A stretch of DNA of 64,000 nt from Candidatus Obscuribacterales bacterium. Lineage in GTDB: Bacteria > Cyanobacteriota > Vampirovibrionia > Obscuribacterales > Obscuribacteraceae. The stretch is taken from positions 907 to 64,906 of the forward strand of contig JAIERK010000130.1 in assembly GCA_019746975.1 (NCBI GenBank), in the 5' to 3' direction. Both the position numbers and the translations under genes were made by a program. Numbering within the stretch: position 1 is the stretch's first letter; every line of letters begins with the position of its first letter. Positions 52,795-61,766 of this stretch are shown in pieces. A model generated the notes under the pieces. It did no database searches and had not been told where the DNA came from. It was given only the letters and a program-made list of their open reading frames with translations.

Positions 52795-55215
52795 ATGAAA
52801 AACAATGTGCTCTCGGCGGAAATCGTCGAGATTAAGTCTAGTCGTGACGCTCTGTCCGCAGGCAGTCGGTATGCGACTGATGAAGTGAGTCTCGGACAGC
52901 ATCAGTTCGCAACTCTTGGGGACACTCCAGACGGAAACCCTGATTGCAAAAGCAGGCAAGGTCTCTCTCCCTTACCTGCATCAATAGAAGAAGCACCAGA
53001 TTTCGGCAAGGCGTACGAGATCATTGAGTTCATCGGCAGTGGTGGCATGGGTTGCGTCTACAAAGTTCGTGAGAATAGATCTGGTGCGGTTTTTGCTATT
53101 AAGGTGATATCTGGTGCTTTAGCCCAAGACGTTGTTGCGCAAAAACGATTCGAGCAGGAAGTCGAAGCGGCAGGTCTATTAGACCATCCAAACTTGGTAT
53201 CGGTGTACGGTCATGGACGGACGGTCTGTGGTAAGCCTTACATGGTCATGGAGTATCTAGATGGTCAGAATCTAGACAAGATTATTAAGGATGAGGGACG
53301 TCTCGATCCATCCAGAAGCATTGATCTGTTGATTCAAATCGTGGAGGGCTTGCAGTGTGCACACCGCCAAGAGATTGTTCATCGGGACATCAAACCCACG
53401 AACATCATCGTCTGTAAAACCGAGTCTGGAGAAATTGCAAAGCTGTTAGACTTCGGCATCTCGATGGTACTGCCGGCAGTATCGAGAGAAACTCGTGACC
53501 TGACGCGGACCGGGGAAATCTTTGGAAGTCCCCAGTATATGAGCCCTGAACAGTGCCTGAGTTATGCTACCGATCAGCGTTCCGATATCTACAGCATTGG
53601 TTGTTTGATGTATGCAATGATTGCGGGCAGGCCTCCTTTTGAGAGTGCTACGGTAGTTCAGCAAATCGTCGGTCACGTCCACGAGGACCCGAAGCCCTTT
53701 GGTATCGTCAGTCGGAGTCCACACACACTGATGATGCTTCAGCGAATTGCATTCACTTGTCTCGAGAAAAAGCCTGAGAATAGATACCAACACGCAACGG
53801 ATTTGCTCAAGGAGTTAGAGCTCGTAAAGAATGGCAGAATGGTTCCGTACCGAATCCGGATTAAGAGCTCGGTACCGATGGAATCCTTTGTTAGTATTTT
53901 GCTCCTGTTGCTCTTAATTCTATTTGTCGCTAGTTCGCTCGGAAACGATTTTTTGCAAAGCGCTGTAAGTCGTCCCGAAGAATTTTTCATCGGTCTTTGG
54001 GCAGTCGTTATGATTGCTATGGGCTTCGCAATTTTCCAGTTGAAGCGTCGGTTCAAGAACGGACAAGGGACGACGCAGCAATGGCTACATCTGGCGATTG
54101 TTATTGGTGGGGCATTACTTGCGTTGACGTCCTTGATTTCGGCCTGCATCGACAGCAGTTACAAATCGTCGCTTGTCCGACTGCCGGACTTGCTTCTTGC
54201 TATTGATTTTTTTGCTAGTATCTTTCAAAACTGTCTGGTCGTACTCTTGGGTGCCGTAATACTTGCGCTGCCTGGTTCAGCCAAACAGCAAAAAAGAGCA
54301 AGTTTTCCGTTTGTCTGTAGTCGTCTCGGCGGGTGGGTCGTATACGTCGCATCGTGCGCTCTTCTAATCCAGTTTAGTAACTTCTCCTTGTTTGAGTCTC
54401 CTGCCTCAAGAGCAGAGAAAGTCTATCCGGATCTTGCAATTGCACTTTATCGACTGAGCGATTCGGTCCACCACAAGAAAAGTTGTGATCGGCATCTGCT
54501 CAATTCTTCACTCGACAGGATAATTCCGATTCAAGAGAACAACGGCAGAATCGCTGATGCGATCGAGACTGTGAGTGAAAAGATCAAGAGAGAAGTTGTA
54601 TTCAATTATCGTTCTCGTGTTCAGCGAGCTAAGCTCTATCTAGAGATTGGTCAAGTCGATAAAGCCGAAGCAGATATTCGCTCAATTTCTGAGCACGACT
54701 CGTCGCAAGAACGATACGCACTTGGCTGGTTGGGAATAATCGCTACTGTGCGTGGTGACCTCGACGGGGCCATACGCCACTATGAGAAGTCCCTCGAAAT
54801 TGATCCATCGTTCTCCAATGACTCTTATTTCTATAGGATCAGCAGCTTATGTCGAGCCAAGCAATATGACCGAGCGCTAAAATACACGGAAGCAACCGTG
54901 AGAATCTGGGACTATCAACCGTATTCATTGTTTCTCAGAGGATTGATTTTTGAGCAAATGGGCGATGCTGAAAGAGCACGAGCGGAATTTAAAAAGCTGT
55001 GCTCGGTAATGTCGGGCCTCTACAAGAATTCATGCCGTGAGTCAGGCTGTGGATTCTGGGCGTATGCTCTTCATCAGCTCGGCGACATCGGTGCCTATGA
55101 AGATAAGCTAAAGGACGCAGCAAGGCGCGATAACGTAGATATTGATCAGTACAAGTACCAGAAGTTTCCTGAACTTTCCCTGATTAAATACTCCGGTATG
55201 AAACTAAATTGGTAG
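52795..55215 (+). CDS. Hanks-type Ser/Thr protein kinase - multi-pass membrane region - TPR repeats
   Basis: Kinase motifs are GSGGMGCVY...FAIKVI, HRDIKPTNII, LLDFGIS and YMSPEQ. About five hydrophobic helices follow (e.g. FVSILLLLLLILFVASSL, WAVVMIAMGFAIFQL, LAIVIGGALLALTSLISACI). C-terminal TPR-like repeats include RAKLYLEIGQVDKAEADIRS and AIRHYEKSLEIDPS. Confidence 0.9.
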   Translation: MKNNVLSAEIVEIKSSRDALSAGSRYATDEVSLGQHQFATLGDTPDGNPDCKSRQGLSPLPASIEEAPDFGKAYEIIEFIGSGGMGCVYKVRENRSGAVFAIKVISGALAQDVVAQKRFEQEVEAAGLLDHPNLVSVYGHGRTVCGKPYMVMEYLDGQNLDKIIKDEGRLDPSRSIDLLIQIVEGLQCAHRQEIVHRDIKPTNIIVCKTESGEIAKLLDFGISMVLPAVSRETRDLTRTGEIFGSPQYMSPEQCLSYATDQRSDIYSIGCLMYAMIAGRPPFESATVVQQIVGHVHEDPKPFGIVSRSPHTLMMLQRIAFTCLEKKPENRYQHATDLLKELELVKNGRMVPYRIRIKSSVPMESFVSILLLLLLILFVASSLGNDFLQSAVSRPEEFFIGLWAVVMIAMGFAIFQLKRRFKNGQGTTQQWLHLAIVIGGALLALTSLISACIDSSYKSSLVRLPDLLLAIDFFASIFQNCLVVLLGAVILALPGSAKQQKRASFPFVCSRLGGWVVYVASCALLIQFSNFSLFESPASRAEKVYPDLAIALYRLSDSVHHKKSCDRHLLNSSLDRIIPIQENNGRIADAIETVSEKIKREVVFNYRSRVQRAKLYLEIGQVDKAEADIRSISEHDSSQERYALGWLGIIATVRGDLDGAIRHYEKSLEIDPSFSNDSYFYRISSLCRAKQYDRALKYTEATVRIWDYQPYSLFLRGLIFEQMGDAERARAEFKKLCSVMSGLYKNSCRESGCGFWAYALHQLGDIGAYEDKLKDAARRDNVDIDQYKYQKFPELSLIKYSGMKLNW

Positions 55216-55335
55216 AAGCGCTGGCTTGGCAAGTGTTATCTGTTGGATATAAAAATGCTATACCTGAACTTGTGAATGATAAGAAGCCGTCAAGGTGATA
55301 ACCTATTGACGATTCCATCTAGACAGTCAGGCATT

Positions 55336-56595
55336 ATGAAAGCGTCAGAATCAACCAACTATTACTTTCAAAAAGCCGCTAAAGTCCTCCATATGCAAGG
55401 TCAGCTCGAGCGTATTCTCATGCTGCCCAAGCGCGAGGTCAAGGTCGAGTGTATCGTCGAACTCGACAACGGCGAAGTAGCGACATATCGTGGATTTCGC
55501 GTGCAGCATGATGCATCGCGCGGTCCAATGAAAGGAGGTTTGCGTTTCCACCCGGAAGTGGACTTTGACGAAGTCAACTCACTGGCATCGCTCATGACCT
55601 GGAAAACCGCCGTGGTCAATATCCCTTATGGCGGTGCCAAGGGCGGCATCACGTGCGATCCTAATAAACTTTCGCATCAGGAGCTTCAGCGAATTACGCG
55701 TGCCTTTGTCGATGAGATTCACGATATTATCGGTCCGCAGCTCGATATCCCCGCCCCTGACATGGGCACCAACGCCCAGACGATGGCCTGGATCGTCGAT
55801 CAATACTCCAAGTATCACGGCTGGACACCAGCGGTGGTGACAGGTAAACCGCTGGAATTAGGTGGTTCTGAAGGCAGAGAAGCAGCCACCGGACAAGGTG
55901 TGTTCTTCGCCATCGAAGCGCTGATGCAGGACGAGAAGAAGAATCTATCCGATCTCACCTTCGCAATCCAGGGGTTTGGCAACGTGGGCTCCTTTGTGGC
56001 GCGATTCATCCACGACGCAGGAGGCAAGGTAGTTGCCGTCTCCGATGCAGGAGGCGCCATCGCCAATCGCAACGGTCTCGATATACCTAAATTGATGCTC
56101 CATACTCAGGCGTCTGGAACAATTGTCGGCTTCGGCGGTGCTGAAGCGCTACAGAGAGATCTCTTACTCGCCGTCGATTGCGATGTTTTGATCCCGGCGG
56201 CGCTTGGCGGGGTTCTGACCGGTGACAACGCCAAGGACATTAAAGCTAAATACATCATCGAAGCGGCCAATGCCCCGACCACTCCCGAAGCTGATGAATA
56301 CTTCCTCAAAGAGGGTAAAATCCTGCTTCCGGATATTTTCGTGAATGCCGGCGGTGTCGTAGTCAGTTATTTTGAGTGGGTGCAAAACATTCAACAGTTC
56401 CGCTGGCGGCTGGATAGGGTCAACGCTGAGTTGAAGGCTGCGATGTTGGATGCTTATCGTGAATTGCGTTCTATCGCGAAGTCGAGCAACTGCTGTTTCA
56501 GAACCGCTGCCTTCCAACTCGCCATATCGCGCGTGGCAAGCGCAGCTGCCTTGCGCGGATTTGAGACGGACAGTTTCTGCATGTTGAAAACATAG
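55336..56595 (+). CDS. gdh: glutamate dehydrogenase (Glu/Leu/Phe/Val dehydrogenase family)
   Basis: Motifs are KGGLRFHP, the catalytic-Lys motif PYGGAKGG, and the Rossmann GFGNVG. The ORF is open from 55276, but the ATG at 55336 gives the usual length of about 419 aa. Confidence 0.9.
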   Translation: MKASESTNYYFQKAAKVLHMQGQLERILMLPKREVKVECIVELDNGEVATYRGFRVQHDASRGPMKGGLRFHPEVDFDEVNSLASLMTWKTAVVNIPYGGAKGGITCDPNKLSHQELQRITRAFVDEIHDIIGPQLDIPAPDMGTNAQTMAWIVDQYSKYHGWTPAVVTGKPLELGGSEGREAATGQGVFFAIEALMQDEKKNLSDLTFAIQGFGNVGSFVARFIHDAGGKVVAVSDAGGAIANRNGLDIPKLMLHTQASGTIVGFGGAEALQRDLLLAVDCDVLIPAALGGVLTGDNAKDIKAKYIIEAANAPTTPEADEYFLKEGKILLPDIFVNAGGVVVSYFEWVQNIQQFRWRLDRVNAELKAAMLDAYRELRSIAKSSNCCFRTAAFQLAISRVASAAALRGFETDSFCMLKT

Positions 56596-56599
56596 GGCG

Positions 56600-58543
56600 A
56601 TGACTGACAAAGAAGTAAATGAAAATGGTGCAGGTGGCGCTAGTTCTTCTTCAGAACAACCTCATCTAGAGGTCAGAGGCGAGGAGCCGGAGTTCGACTT
56701 GCATGGTCCTCCGGGATTGCCTTCCGATGAAGAATTCGAAAAACGACAACTGCACTGGTTGAACCATGTCTACCAGGGTGATCATGTGCCCCAGCTCACG
56801 CTGCGGGCCATACTCATGGGCGGCATCCTCGGTGCCTTGATGTCGGTCTCGAACCTCTACACGACGCTGAAGGTGGGCTGGTCATTCGGTGTTGCAATCA
56901 CTGCATGCGTTCTCTCGTACGTTATCTGGCGAACTATTCGTATGGTAGTCCCAGTCCTGACTCCCATGAGCATTTTGGAAAACAATTGCATGCAGTCGGC
57001 GGCATCAGCCGCCGGATACTCTACCGGCGCTACGATTGGTACCGCACTTGGTGCGCTTCTCCTTATCACTGGGCAGCATATGGGGTGGCAGGTAGTCTTG
57101 CCGTGGACTCTGGTATCAGCATCTCTTGGTGTGTTTCTTGCTGTTCCAATGAAGCGGCAAATGATCAATCGAGAAAGATTGACTTTCCCAAGCGGTGTTG
57201 CGGCGGCTGAAACACTGAAGAGTCTTTATGGTCAGAGTAAAGAGGCTATTAGTCAGGCCTATTCTCTCGTGGGCGCGCTTGCCTTCGGCGCGATTACCGG
57301 ATTTCTCGGCAAGGGAGAGTTCGCCTGGCAGATGGCGATGAAGCTCAAGCTACCTGAATTGATTACGTTCGATCTAAAAGTCGCGGGCGTCGATGTCGGC
57401 AAAATGCCGGCTTTCGGATTCGAGCCTAGCGCTCTGTTGGTAGGCGCCGGCATGATTGTTGGGATGCGCGTTTCCCTCTCTATGCTTTTGGGTGCATGCC
57501 TGCTCTACCTCTATTTCGGACCGCAGATGGTCAACCTGGGTCAGATCCCTGAGCCCAGCAAGCTGATTAAGAGCTGGGCGCTCTGGCCGGGTACCGCGCT
57601 TCTTGTCGCCTCCGGTTTGACGTCCTTTGCTCTTCAGTGGAAGACCATAGTCAAGGCATTCTCTTCGGCGAGCATGGCGTCCAAGGGTGGGAAGGAAGAT
57701 CCACTGGCTCGCATCGAAGTGCCTGGTCACTGGCTGCTGTGGGGAATCGTTCCACTGGCGATCATGATGGTAGCGCTGCAATACCTCGCCTTTTCGATTT
57801 CAATTCCGCTCGGTATTCTGTCTATCGTGATGAGCTTTTTCCTCGCCCTGGTCGCCTGCCGCGCCACCGGAGAGACCGACATTACACCGATTGGCCCGAT
57901 GGGCAAGATCACACAGCTCACTTATGCGATCCTCGCTCCGTCCAACATCACGACCAACCTGATGGCGGCGAGCGTCACGGCCAACATCGCCAGCAGTTCT
58001 GCCGATCTACTCACCGATCTTAAGAGCGGTTACCTGCTTGGGGCCAACGCTAGAAAACAGTTTATCGCTCAATTTATAGGTGTGTTCTTCGGAAGTCTGG
58101 CTATCGTCCCGGCCTGGTACTTGATGGTGCCTACCAAGGAAGCGCTGGAGAAATTCAATCCACCAGCCGCCAACATGTGGAGAGCAGTAGCCGAAGCCCT
58201 CGTGAAAGGAATCGATTATCTGCCCGAGACCGCACGCATAGGGCTTCTCGTGGGTGCTACTATCGGAATTGTCTTGTCGGTTCTCGAACTGTACGCTCCT
58301 CCAAAGATTAAGAAATTTCTTCCATCTTCAATGGGTTTGGGGCTCTCCTGGGTCGTTCCGTTTGCAAATTCGCTAGCATTCTTTGTAGGAGCGTTAATTG
58401 CGATGATCTGGACCCGGGTCTCAAAGCGAACAGGTAACCTCTATATCATTCCAGTGGCATCTGGAGCAGTGGCAGGCGAGTCACTCGTGTGTGCAATAAT
58501 CGCAATGATAACGGCCGCTGCCGCTCTCGGTGGCGGTCACTAA
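56600..58543 (+). CDS. OPT-family oligopeptide transporter
   Basis: The protein is 647 aa and polytopic. The sequence style (LTLRAILMGGILGALMSVSNLYTTLKVGWSFG...FPSGVAAAETLK...TGETDITPIGPMGKITQL) matches bacterial OPT-superfamily transporters as I recall them. Confidence 0.8.
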   Translation: MTDKEVNENGAGGASSSSEQPHLEVRGEEPEFDLHGPPGLPSDEEFEKRQLHWLNHVYQGDHVPQLTLRAILMGGILGALMSVSNLYTTLKVGWSFGVAITACVLSYVIWRTIRMVVPVLTPMSILENNCMQSAASAAGYSTGATIGTALGALLLITGQHMGWQVVLPWTLVSASLGVFLAVPMKRQMINRERLTFPSGVAAAETLKSLYGQSKEAISQAYSLVGALAFGAITGFLGKGEFAWQMAMKLKLPELITFDLKVAGVDVGKMPAFGFEPSALLVGAGMIVGMRVSLSMLLGACLLYLYFGPQMVNLGQIPEPSKLIKSWALWPGTALLVASGLTSFALQWKTIVKAFSSASMASKGGKEDPLARIEVPGHWLLWGIVPLAIMMVALQYLAFSISIPLGILSIVMSFFLALVACRATGETDITPIGPMGKITQLTYAILAPSNITTNLMAASVTANIASSSADLLTDLKSGYLLGANARKQFIAQFIGVFFGSLAIVPAWYLMVPTKEALEKFNPPAANMWRAVAEALVKGIDYLPETARIGLLVGATIGIVLSVLELYAPPKIKKFLPSSMGLGLSWVVPFANSLAFFVGALIAMIWTRVSKRTGNLYIIPVASGAVAGESLVCAIIAMITAAAALGGGH

Positions 58544-58559
58544 ACAACCCGTCAGGCAT

Positions 58560-59834
58560 ATGGCACCAACTCAAACAAAAGAAAAGCAGATAGTGCTCAA
58601 AGCGATCGACTCGCTTGGTCGGCGAGTTACGCCTGCAGATGTTGCCACCAAAACTGGTCTGGCCATACTTCCCGTAACCATGACATTGAATGAGATCGCC
58701 TCCGAGACGCAGGGGCATATGGAGGTGAGCAAGCAGGGTGACATTGCCTACAGTTTCGCACCGGGCTTTCAGTCTCATTATCTAGCGCAGGGAATCAAGC
58801 GGGTTTTGGAACGTATCTGGGCAAACGTTTTCTCAGTCGGTTTTTTCATCCTGCGTATATCATTCGGGATAATGCTGATCTTGAGCACGATCATCATTCT
58901 CGTACTTCTATTTCTACTCATCATGTATTACTCGCAGAGCGGCCGCGATGATGATGATGACCGGTACGACGGCGGCGGTTTTCGTGGCGGATTCTTTCCT
59001 CATCTGTCGTTGTTCGACTACCTGATTTTGCGTGATATTCTTTTCGGCTATCCCCAATACGATCGACAGGGTTATCGTTACGATCGACCCACTGTAAGAA
59101 CGACTCAGAAGAGCAATTTTTTCTTCAACTGTTTTTCATTTCTCTTCGGTGATGGTAATCCGAACCTTAATTTAGAAGAGCGAAAGTGGGTGATGATAGC
59201 CGAAGTAATTCAGCGCAACAAAGGCGTCGTTACGGCTGAGCAACTCGCTCCTTACACAGGAGGTTTGCCAGGTAATGAGGATAGCGTACTGCCTGTACTA
59301 GTGAGATTCGACGGTCGACCAGAGGTCACTGAAGGTGGTGACATCATTTATCTTTTCCCCTCCATGCAGATCACCGCGCACGAAAGCAAGCTATCTACAC
59401 TACCGACGTACCTGAGTGAATGGACATGGAAGTTTTCCAACGTGCCCTCGGGACAACTTATTTGGGTTTACGTGCTCGCCGGGTTCAACCTCATCGGTAG
59501 CTGGTTCTTGCTCGGTCAGCTTGGTGTCTTCGCTCGCGCGGGAAGCGAGCTTGTCGGTCTAGCCCCTTTGATCTTTGCGCTCGTTATCTACGCTACTTTG
59601 TTCCTCGGGGTTCCGCTTGTGCGTTGGGTGGTGATTACTGTTCTCAATCAGCGCATCGAATCTCGAAATAATATTCGTCTGTCTAATGCGCGACTCCTGG
59701 AGAACCCTTCTCCCGAGATACGGAAGAAACTTGCCTCGGCCAGGAGCACACACGTCGACAAGAGAATCTTGAGGGAAAACGAGGCTATTTTTACAACCGA
59801 GAAAGACTCTTTGGAGCAAGAATTCGATGACTGA
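58560..59834 (+). CDS. hypothetical membrane protein with an internally duplicated soluble module
   Basis: The ORF is open from the GTG at 58530, which overlaps the OPT gene. The ATG at 58560 is the likelier start. Two similar modules (G.VT.A..A..TG....EV...GDI.Y.F) are each followed by hydrophobic helices, and an Asp/Gly/Arg low-complexity linker (SGRDDDDDRYDGGGFRGGFF) is present. Confidence 0.6.
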   Translation: MAPTQTKEKQIVLKAIDSLGRRVTPADVATKTGLAILPVTMTLNEIASETQGHMEVSKQGDIAYSFAPGFQSHYLAQGIKRVLERIWANVFSVGFFILRISFGIMLILSTIIILVLLFLLIMYYSQSGRDDDDDRYDGGGFRGGFFPHLSLFDYLILRDILFGYPQYDRQGYRYDRPTVRTTQKSNFFFNCFSFLFGDGNPNLNLEERKWVMIAEVIQRNKGVVTAEQLAPYTGGLPGNEDSVLPVLVRFDGRPEVTEGGDIIYLFPSMQITAHESKLSTLPTYLSEWTWKFSNVPSGQLIWVYVLAGFNLIGSWFLLGQLGVFARAGSELVGLAPLIFALVIYATLFLGVPLVRWVVITVLNQRIESRNNIRLSNARLLENPSPEIRKKLASARSTHVDKRILRENEAIFTTEKDSLEQEFDD

Positions 59835-60672
59835 CCCAAAACTCACTGTCAGCTCTCTTCACTATTACCCGGTCAAGTCGTGCGCGGGAATCGATATTGA
59901 CGCCGCGCAGATCGTAGACCGTGGCATCAAAGACGACCGCGGTTGGCTCGTCGTAGACGACGATGGAAAGTTTATCACGCAACGAGAAATTGCCAAAATG
60001 GCATTGATTAAAGCCACTGTGGTTGGTGGCGATCATGAGAGAGGATTGCATTTGGAAGGTCCGGGTATGCCATCGCTAGTGGTGCTGGAGTCCGCTGCTC
60101 TGACGGACGATGATGACCGATGCAAGTGTCGGGTCACTGTTTGGAATGACACTTGCACAGCTGTCGATCAAGGCCATCCTGCCTCAGAATGGTTGAGCCG
60201 TTTTCTGGAGACGCCGGCCCACTTGGTCAGAATGTACGAGCAAGAGGTGCGGAAGGTTCGCTCTGAATCAGAGTCGGCGACTCCATCGCAGGTATCGTTT
60301 CAAGATGGATTTCCCTTGCTGGTTATCTCCACCGCCTCTCTTGCGGATCTGAACAGCCGCTTGGAGGAAGCCTTGCCTATGAACCGTTTTCGCCCGAATA
60401 TCGTCGTCGACGGTGCGCAACCGTTTGAAGAAGATCAATGGCTATCGATTCGAATCGGCGACATTGTCTTCGAGATGGATTCACCTTGTTCGCGTTGCGT
60501 CATTACGACTATCGACCAATCCCTTGCAGTAGCCGGAAAAGAGCCGTTGAAAACTCTGGCCTCATTTAGGCGCGAAGGCAAGCAGGTCATGTTCGGACAA
60601 AACGCAATTCATCTCAACAATGGCACCATCAAAATCAACGATACTGTCGAGATTCTCAAGCGTCGAGGTTAG
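59827..60672 (+). CDS. MOSC domain protein (YcbX/mARC-like, N-terminal beta-barrel plus MOSC)
   Basis: It has LHYYPVKSCAG at the N-terminus and the conserved Cys region SPCSRCVITTIDQ. The ATG overlaps the upstream stop (ATGACTGA). Confidence 0.85.
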   Translation: MTDPKLTVSSLHYYPVKSCAGIDIDAAQIVDRGIKDDRGWLVVDDDGKFITQREIAKMALIKATVVGGDHERGLHLEGPGMPSLVVLESAALTDDDDRCKCRVTVWNDTCTAVDQGHPASEWLSRFLETPAHLVRMYEQEVRKVRSESESATPSQVSFQDGFPLLVISTASLADLNSRLEEALPMNRFRPNIVVDGAQPFEEDQWLSIRIGDIVFEMDSPCSRCVITTIDQSLAVAGKEPLKTLASFRREGKQVMFGQNAIHLNNGTIKINDTVEILKRRG

Positions 60673-60856
60673 TTTTCACGAGGCTGGAACGCTTCGAACC
60701 GGCGCTATGTGCCGGCGAGATGTCGGCGGTCCCAGTGAGCGATTACTGCAGATCCGTTTTCCCGAGCTTGCTCGATTCGAGTTGGCGCTCGGAGTTTTAC
60801 ACGAGGTTGAACGAACCGAGTTGGCGGTGGAGTCTTTTCGGGTTTGAACGGACACG

Positions 60857-61723
60857 TCAGACGCTTACCGATCGTGCTCTATCTATAGCGATTGTTTCTT
60901 CTTCGCTTTTTCGCCATAAACGTTTTGCCAAAAACTCGTCAAGCGAAATCGTGGACGGGTTCGACTGGCGTTCCTTGTAAAAGTACTTGCCTGTGATAGA
61001 CTCGACGTCCGTACTGGTAGCCAGGTAGAGAATTGTCTTTGCTCCTTCTTCGCATGTGATCGAGAAGATTCCAGTCACCAGGTTGAACACACGACCGGGA
61101 ATTCCATTGTTGGCGCCGAAGTTGGTTGCCACCATACCTGGATGAAGCGCGTTGACTGTCACTCCTGACCCTTCCAGCCGTCGCGCCAACTCAGTGGTGA
61201 AGAGCAAGTTGGCTAATTTCGAGTTGCCGTATGTAAAGTAGGGCACTTTGTTGCTCTTGTCGATGCATCTTTCGGCACTTAGCCGAGATCGGTGGTGTGC
61301 GTCGGATGAAACGTTGATGATGCGCGCTGGAGCGTTTTTTCGTATGAGTTCTAATAGCTCGTTGGTCAGCCAAAAGTAACCAAAGTGATTAAGCGCCCAG
61401 GTCATCTCGATTCCATCAACGCTCCGACGATCGTCGAAAAACACGGCGCCGGCGTTATTAATCAATATGTCCAGGCGATCGAACTTTTCTTTGTATGCTC
61501 TAGCAAGTTTTAGGACTTCTTCTCGCGAAGAGAGATCTGCCACCAGATAGGAAAGGTCGCCTTGCCCTTGTGTGGCCTTCATCTTTTGCAGAGTGTTCTT
61601 GCAGCGCTGCTCATTTCTGCCGACAATCACCACATCGTAGCCCATGGCCGAAAGCCTAATTGCCGCTACTTCACCGATACCGGCTGTGGCTCCGGTAAGA
61701 AGAACTCTCTTGCCTTCCATCAA
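60857..61723 (-). CDS. short-chain dehydrogenase/reductase (retinol-dehydrogenase-like classical SDR)
   Basis: Motifs are TGATAGIG (cofactor), NNAG, and the catalytic YGNSK. Confidence 0.9.
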   Translation of the reverse strand: MMEGKRVLLTGATAGIGEVAAIRLSAMGYDVVIVGRNEQRCKNTLQKMKATQGQGDLSYLVADLSSREEVLKLARAYKEKFDRLDILINNAGAVFFDDRRSVDGIEMTWALNHFGYFWLTNELLELIRKNAPARIINVSSDAHHRSRLSAERCIDKSNKVPYFTYGNSKLANLLFTTELARRLEGSGVTVNALHPGMVATNFGANNGIPGRVFNLVTGIFSITCEEGAKTILYLATSTDVESITGKYFYKERQSNPSTISLDEFLAKRLWRKSEEETIAIDRARSVSV

Positions 61724-61766
61724 AATCTCCTCAGGTTTAATCGCTTAAACTATACCTGAGTTTTGA

